From the NCBI RefSeq assembly GCF_009914755.1, contig NC_060947.1: a DNA stretch of 64,000 bases; one strand, 5' to 3'. The number at the start of each line of letters is the position of its first letter. The stretch's first letter is position 1. The notes under the pieces are model-generated. The model had not been told where the DNA came from. It saw only the letters and a list, made by a program, of their open reading frames with translations, and did not search any database. Shown here one piece after another: positions 58,901 to 64,000 of this stretch. A program made the translations under genes and the position numbers. Source of the stretch: the human T2T-CHM13v2.0 reference genome, Homo sapiens.

Positions 58901-60140
58901 CAACAATAATATAAACACCCAAATTTAACCTTATGAAACGGGTCTGTTTTTGTTTTGGTCTGACAGAATTAGGCATAGTTCAGGTTAGTAACATCATATG
59001 CTGACTTTCTTCCACAGTACAATTAAAACAAAAGTTTGAATTCCTATTTCTTACATCATAAACACTCCCAGTGACAACCACTGAGAATGTAAAAATCCAA
59101 AGTAAGTCACCACCTATGGGACTTAGACTCCCATGTTAGTTGTTTCTGCCCTTGGCCACCAAAACCATTACATAAAATTGTCATAAATGATTTGCAAAAC
59201 TAAGTAAGCGGTAGGCCCCTATCTCTCTTCTTTCATTAATTTCCTTTCCTCATTTCATTTATCACCTTTTGTAACTTCTAATTTATCCTAGTCAAGGAAA
59301 GTCCCATCCCTCCTACCTACTGTATTTTTTAAACTTCCATAATTTGAAAATATGTCATAAAAACATAGACAGGGAACAAGGTTTAATAAGCACTGCTGTA
59401 AAAGATCTATGAGAATGAATTTGAAAAATGTGCCAAGAGACTACAACATATTATTTAACAAAGAAAAAAAATCTAAAATTTGACTCTTTGAACCAAGTTC
59501 CCTGTCATTCTCATCATCCAATTATATTGCTCTCAGACTTGAGCTATGAAGAGTCCAAGATATTCATTTGGCTATTGTTCCCTATTCTTATTAACAAGGT
59601 TTTATGGTTAGAACTTCAACAGTTGAGAGGTATGTGACAAAGTTTTTTAAAAAAGATAACAGCAAGAAATACAACTAAATCTATCTATGATAGTTAACTT
59701 CAGCTTTTAGCCTTAGGGAATTTAAGAATGCAATAAGACTAAACTAGACTGTACATGATTTTTAAGTTTTCAGGAACAGTCATTACATTTTTGTATAAAG
59801 CAAGCACATTAACATTGACTGAACCAAAACCTAATATATTAAATTTTTAAACCTGCTTACACACTGAAGTATAATTTGGAAACTAAAGCCCCTTGTCTAA
59901 AACTCAAAGGAAAGAAAAAAATAGATTTCATTCTTTACAAAACCAACTGAATATTCCAAATTTTTAACTTCAATAACACATATTATCATTGGCATACAAA
60001 TATATTTCTAGACAACCACTAGGAAAATGCCATGTTTGGTCGTTTGTACATAGTTAACAGTAATCAAGTTCCAATTTTATAAAAATGATGTTTAAAAATT
60101 CATTTCAACTTTAACTTCATGAAAAATTAACACACATTAC

Positions 60141-60268
60141 CTTTTGGCAAGCTCTGCATAGTAATATCATTTTCTGAATTTTCATTAGACGCATCTTCAT
60201 TTACAGTTTCATCATCCAAAGGTTTTTCATCATCTGATTCTACATACTTTGTTACAATTGAAGGTTTC
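60141..60268 (-). CDS. ATRX: ATRX exon 5 (128 nt), (R)KPSIVTKYVESDDEKPLDDETVNEDASNENSENDITMQSLPK(G)
   Basis: TAG acceptor; AAG|GTAATG donor; frame continuous with both neighbours. Confidence 0.97.
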
Positions 60269-60356
60269 CTATGAAAGAATTAAGTTCATAGAATTATGAA
60301 TGTTTCTGACAACTGGAACAATACCCAAAGAACATAAATAACATGTTGAGATTGAG

Positions 60357-60530
60357 CAGTGGGTCTCAACAAGGAAGCACATCAGAATCACCTAGGGAAG
60401 CATGTATGTCTATACCATATCACTGAAGATTATGATTCAGTAGGTCTGGAGCAGGACCAAGGCATACGCATTCTGAAAAAGCTACCAGGGAGACCCTGGA
60501 GGACACTCTTCTTTAAGAATCACTACTTCA
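60357..60530. mobile_element. MER5A-like hAT-Charlie relic
   Basis: cagtgggtctcaac...cacatcagaatcacctaggg...gattcagtaggtctgg...ctttaagaatcact. Confidence 0.7.
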
Positions 60531-61146
60531 GAGAATAAATTAATATCAAACAAGCTTGGTTTTTAAGAGACATTCCCACTGGTTAGAAACAATGAAAGTC
60601 CAATAGACTAAGCGGCAAACTTCTAATAACAATTATACTGCATAGTATATTGGGTACTACATTATGTTAGAAAAGTTTCAGTTTTTATGTATGACTTGAG
60701 TTGACAATTTAGCAGAAAAAAGTGTTTTTTACCACTCTTTTTTCTCCTTATAACTTACAACTATGATGACTAACTTCCCATCCTAGACAATTTCATATAA
60801 CCCAAAAAACCCACTGCCTCATAGGCATTCAACAATTATTTTGTCCTTTTTCAAGGACATATATTGTCTAATGAAATAAACTACATATTGCAAGGGCCAC
60901 TAATATATAATAAATCCTTAAAAACCCTTTAGAATTCAAAGTTAGAATGAATAATAATTGTTGAAATCAGGTGATAGATACAAAGGGATTCATTATATTA
61001 TGCTAATCATTTTCAAATATGTATATTTGTATAGAATAGTTAACTCAGAATAGTGGTTGACATGAGTTCAGAAAAAAACATGGTTTTAGAAACAGAAAAT
61101 AACCTGAAAAAGAAAATAACTTTTTGTCCCTTCAACATCAACCAAC

Positions 61147-61199
61147 CTCTTTGATCGTGACGATCCTGAAGACTTGGATTTTTCTGAAGAGCTAGTTCC
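61147..61199 (-). CDS. ATRX: ATRX exon 4 (53 nt), GTSSSEKSKSSGSSRSK(R)
   Basis: TAG acceptor at 61200-61201; GAG|GTTGGT donor; frame continues from exon 3. Confidence 0.96.
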
Positions 61200-62137
61200 C
61201 TAGATGTGAGACATAAATATAAAAGTGAATAAAATTCTCGAAACGGCATCCCTACAATTAGCTATTTCCCTATAGCAACTTCAATACAGTGATATAATGA
61301 GATGCTATTTATGTGCCTAGAATATTTTTCTAAAAGGAACTTCAAAAACTAATTCTCTACCACATAAGGAACACAGATGCAAAAAAATAAAAATTAAAAC
61401 TAATTCTCATTTACTGCCAGGTTTCCTTGGCTGAAGATTAAATTTCTCGTTTTTTACATGGTTGCTGTGGCATGCTGCGGGGAATACACTGCTGCAAAAT
61501 GATCATGGCCCCAGTCAACAAAGACAAAACAAAGATGCAGAAGTAATCAGATCTCAAGAGAAGTAGGGAGTTTCAAGGATCTAAATATGTTTCATTCTTC
61601 TCTAAGCTAACATATGGCATGAAGTAACTTCTACAACTTGCTTTGAGATACTAAACTTACCCTCATTTTGCCAGTATAATCAATATATTTTACTGGATTC
61701 AGTTTTTTTTTACAGTAGGTCAAAAAATTCCCAAAACCACAGTTGTGGACCTGTGTATCAGGCAAAGGACCTTGTTATGAGTTGCTATAATAATGCTTAG
61801 CAGACTCTAGATACCAAGTTTTGAGAGATTTCACAACCATGGAGTTCATGCCCTTAACATCCACCTCAAACACCTTTGGGGCAATATAAAGACAGTTTAA
61901 TATCTATCTGTTGGAAGTCTTCAGTTGTCTGACTTTAGGTAAACCACTGAAGTGAACCACAACAATAACAGAAACAATGAACACCTGTTCTCAAACTGGA
62001 AAACAACGAAACTGAAGTATAATGACAACTGGGTATCAGTAGCCTTCGACACATACATGTGTCCAGAAGCAATCTAAAGACATATGCTCTACTTGGTTAA
62101 TCGTAACTAACAAATATCTCTAAATAATTATCCTTAC

Positions 62138-62193
62138 CTCTTCCTTGCTGTTTTCCATCATATCAGAGTTACTTCCAGAACCACTGATTTTAT
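62138..62193 (-). CDS. ATRX: ATRX exon 3 (56 nt), (D)KISGSGSNSDMMENSKEE
   Basis: TAG acceptor at 62194-62195 after a T-rich tract; GAG|GTAAGG donor at 62136-62137; peptide matches the recalled ATRX N-terminus. Confidence 0.97.
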
Positions 62194-62705
62194 CTAAAAA
62201 AGAAGAAATAAAGAACATTATTTATCTCTTCGATGCATTATCAAACAGAACATCAATACCTATAACTCCACAAACCCATTCTCACACTATGAAGTCTGGC
62301 AGTATTGTTAACATACTACTCACATTAAAATATTCCTAGAAGTGTTCTTTCACTAGAATCACTCTCCTTTTGCATACTAACCCCTCCTTATAAAGCATGA
62401 AATCTCTGTAAAGATTACTTTGGTATAAAAACATTTCCTGTTGTAGTTTATAAATATTGCAAGACATTTCCCAGCAGAAGAAAATTTAAACTATTACACT
62501 AAAAATAAAAAACATACTACCAATAAAGTATATTTCATTTTACCATAAAATACTGGGAAAATAAGAGCAAACTAAACCAAAATCAAGGAGAAGGAAATAA
62601 TAAAGATTATGGCAGAAATTCATGAAACTAATGAAATAGGAAATAGAAAAGCAATAGAAAAAAAAAATCAATAAAACCAAAGAGTAGTTCTTTTCCTTTT
62701 CCTCC

Positions 62706-62990
62706 TTTTTTTTTAGAGATAGGGTCTCACTCCATTGTCCATACTGGAGTGCAGAGGTGCTATCATGGTTCACTTTAGCCTCAACCTCCCGGGTTCAGGT
62801 GATCCTCCCCTCTAAGCCTCCCAGGTAGCTGGGACTACAGGCGCGCACCACCACACCTGGCTAATTTTTTGTGGAGATGGGGTTTTGTCATGTTGCCCAG
62901 CCTGGTCTCTAACTCCTGGGTTCAAGTGGTCTGCCCACCTTGGCCTCCCAAAGTGCTGAGATTGCAGGCGTGAGCCACAGGCACCTGGCC
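62706..62990 (-). mobile_element. Alu (AluJ-like)
   Basis: Reverse Alu. Confidence 0.92.
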
Positions 62991-63020
62991 AAAAACTAAT
63001 TTTTTAAAAAGATGATCAAA

Positions 63021-63076
63021 GAGGACCTTGGCCATGAAAGTTGGAATCTGCTAGGGATTGTGTAACAACTTACCTG
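63021..63076 (+). pseudogene. Short 28S rRNA-derived retrocopy (tailless) with target-site duplication
   Basis: ggaccttggccatgaaagttggaatctgctagggattgtgtaacaacttacctg versus recalled 28S GGACGGTGGCCATGGAAGTCGGAATCCGCTAAGGAGTGTGTAACAACTCACCTG (about 46/54); flanked by aaaagatgatcaaa and aaaagatgaacaaa. Confidence 0.85.
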
Positions 63077-64000
63077 TGGGGGAAGAAAAGATGAACAAAC
63101 TTTAGGGTAGACTGACCAAGAAAAAAAAGAAACAAGACTCAAGTTACTAGAATCAGAAATGAAAAAGAGGACATTACTACTAATCTTACTGAAATAAACG
63201 GATTATAAAGGAATACTATGAACAACTGTGTGCCAAAAAACTAAATAACTTACATGAAATGAACAAATTCCAAAACACAAACTACTAAAACTGACTCAAG
63301 AAGAAACAGGTGTGAACAGACCTGTAACAATTGATGAGATTAAATTAGCAATAAAAAAAGCTACCCATAAAGAAAAGGCCCAAATGTTCTCACCACTTAA
63401 TTATAACAAACATTTAAAAAAGGACTAATACCAATCCTTCACAAACTCTTCTAAAAAACAGAAAAGGAGGCAACATTTCCCAACTCATTTTATGAAAACA
63501 GTATTGCCCTGATATAAAAAATATATCACAAATAGAGAAAACTACAGGCAAGTATCACTTATGAATATAGATGCAAAAGTCCACAAAAATATTAGAAAAC
63601 TTCAAATCAGAAGACAGGCTAGAGACTGGGAGAAAATCTTCACAAAGTACACATCTGATAAAAGACAATTATCCAAACTATACAAAGAATGCTTAAAACT
63701 CAACAATAAAACAAACAACATGATTTTAAAGCAAGGAAAAAAAAAGAAATATGTGAACAGACACCTCACCAAAAAAGATATACAGACGCAAATAAGCACA
63801 TGAAAAAATGCTCAACATGTCATTAGGGAATTGCAAATTAAAACAATATACCCCTGCATGCCTATTAGAATAGCCAAAATCCAGAACACTGACTACATCA
63901 AAACTGCTGAGAAGCATATGGAGCAAAAGAAACTATCATTTATTGCTGGTGGGAATGCAAAATGATACAGCCACTCAGGAAAACAGTTCAGCAATTTCTT

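Larger units (their letters stand above)
62540..64000 (+). mobile_element. Old L1M ORF2 remnants interrupted by an Alu and the 28S fragment
   Basis: aatcagaaatgaaaaagaggacattactac...atgaatatagatgcaaaag...cattagggaattgcaaattaaaac. Confidence 0.8.

Overview
Human (or very closely related primate) X-chromosome genomic DNA from inside the ATRX gene (SWI/SNF-family chromatin remodeller), transcribed on the minus strand. Thirteen coding exons (exons 3-15 in 35-exon numbering; c.134-4557, about residues 45-1519) were placed base by base using GT-AG boundaries and a continuous reading frame. They include the ADD zinc-finger exons, the 3,074-nt exon 9, the DAXX-binding junction (exons 10/11) and the poly-Glu exon 15. 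The introns hold about 39 Alu copies or fragments, many old L1 pieces (nearly all antisense to ATRX), MaLR LTRs, MIR/L2, DNA-transposon relics, microsatellites and a tiny 28S rRNA retrocopy. The most interesting signals are splicing-related and cluster in repeat-poor intron 10: (i) the read-through tail and putative 3'UTR of the truncated ATRXt isoform; (ii) a candidate 5-nt microexon or recursive splice site at 35618-35622; (iii) a candidate 352-nt exon at 31797-32148 whose frame is open except for one TGA, and which fits the ATRX frame either together with the microexon (5+352=357 nt) or in place of exon 10. Exon 9 also contains an 87-nt in-frame exitron that would remove the HP1-binding LYVKL motif. 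Repeat boundaries and subfamily names were judged by eye and are approximate. No database search was run.
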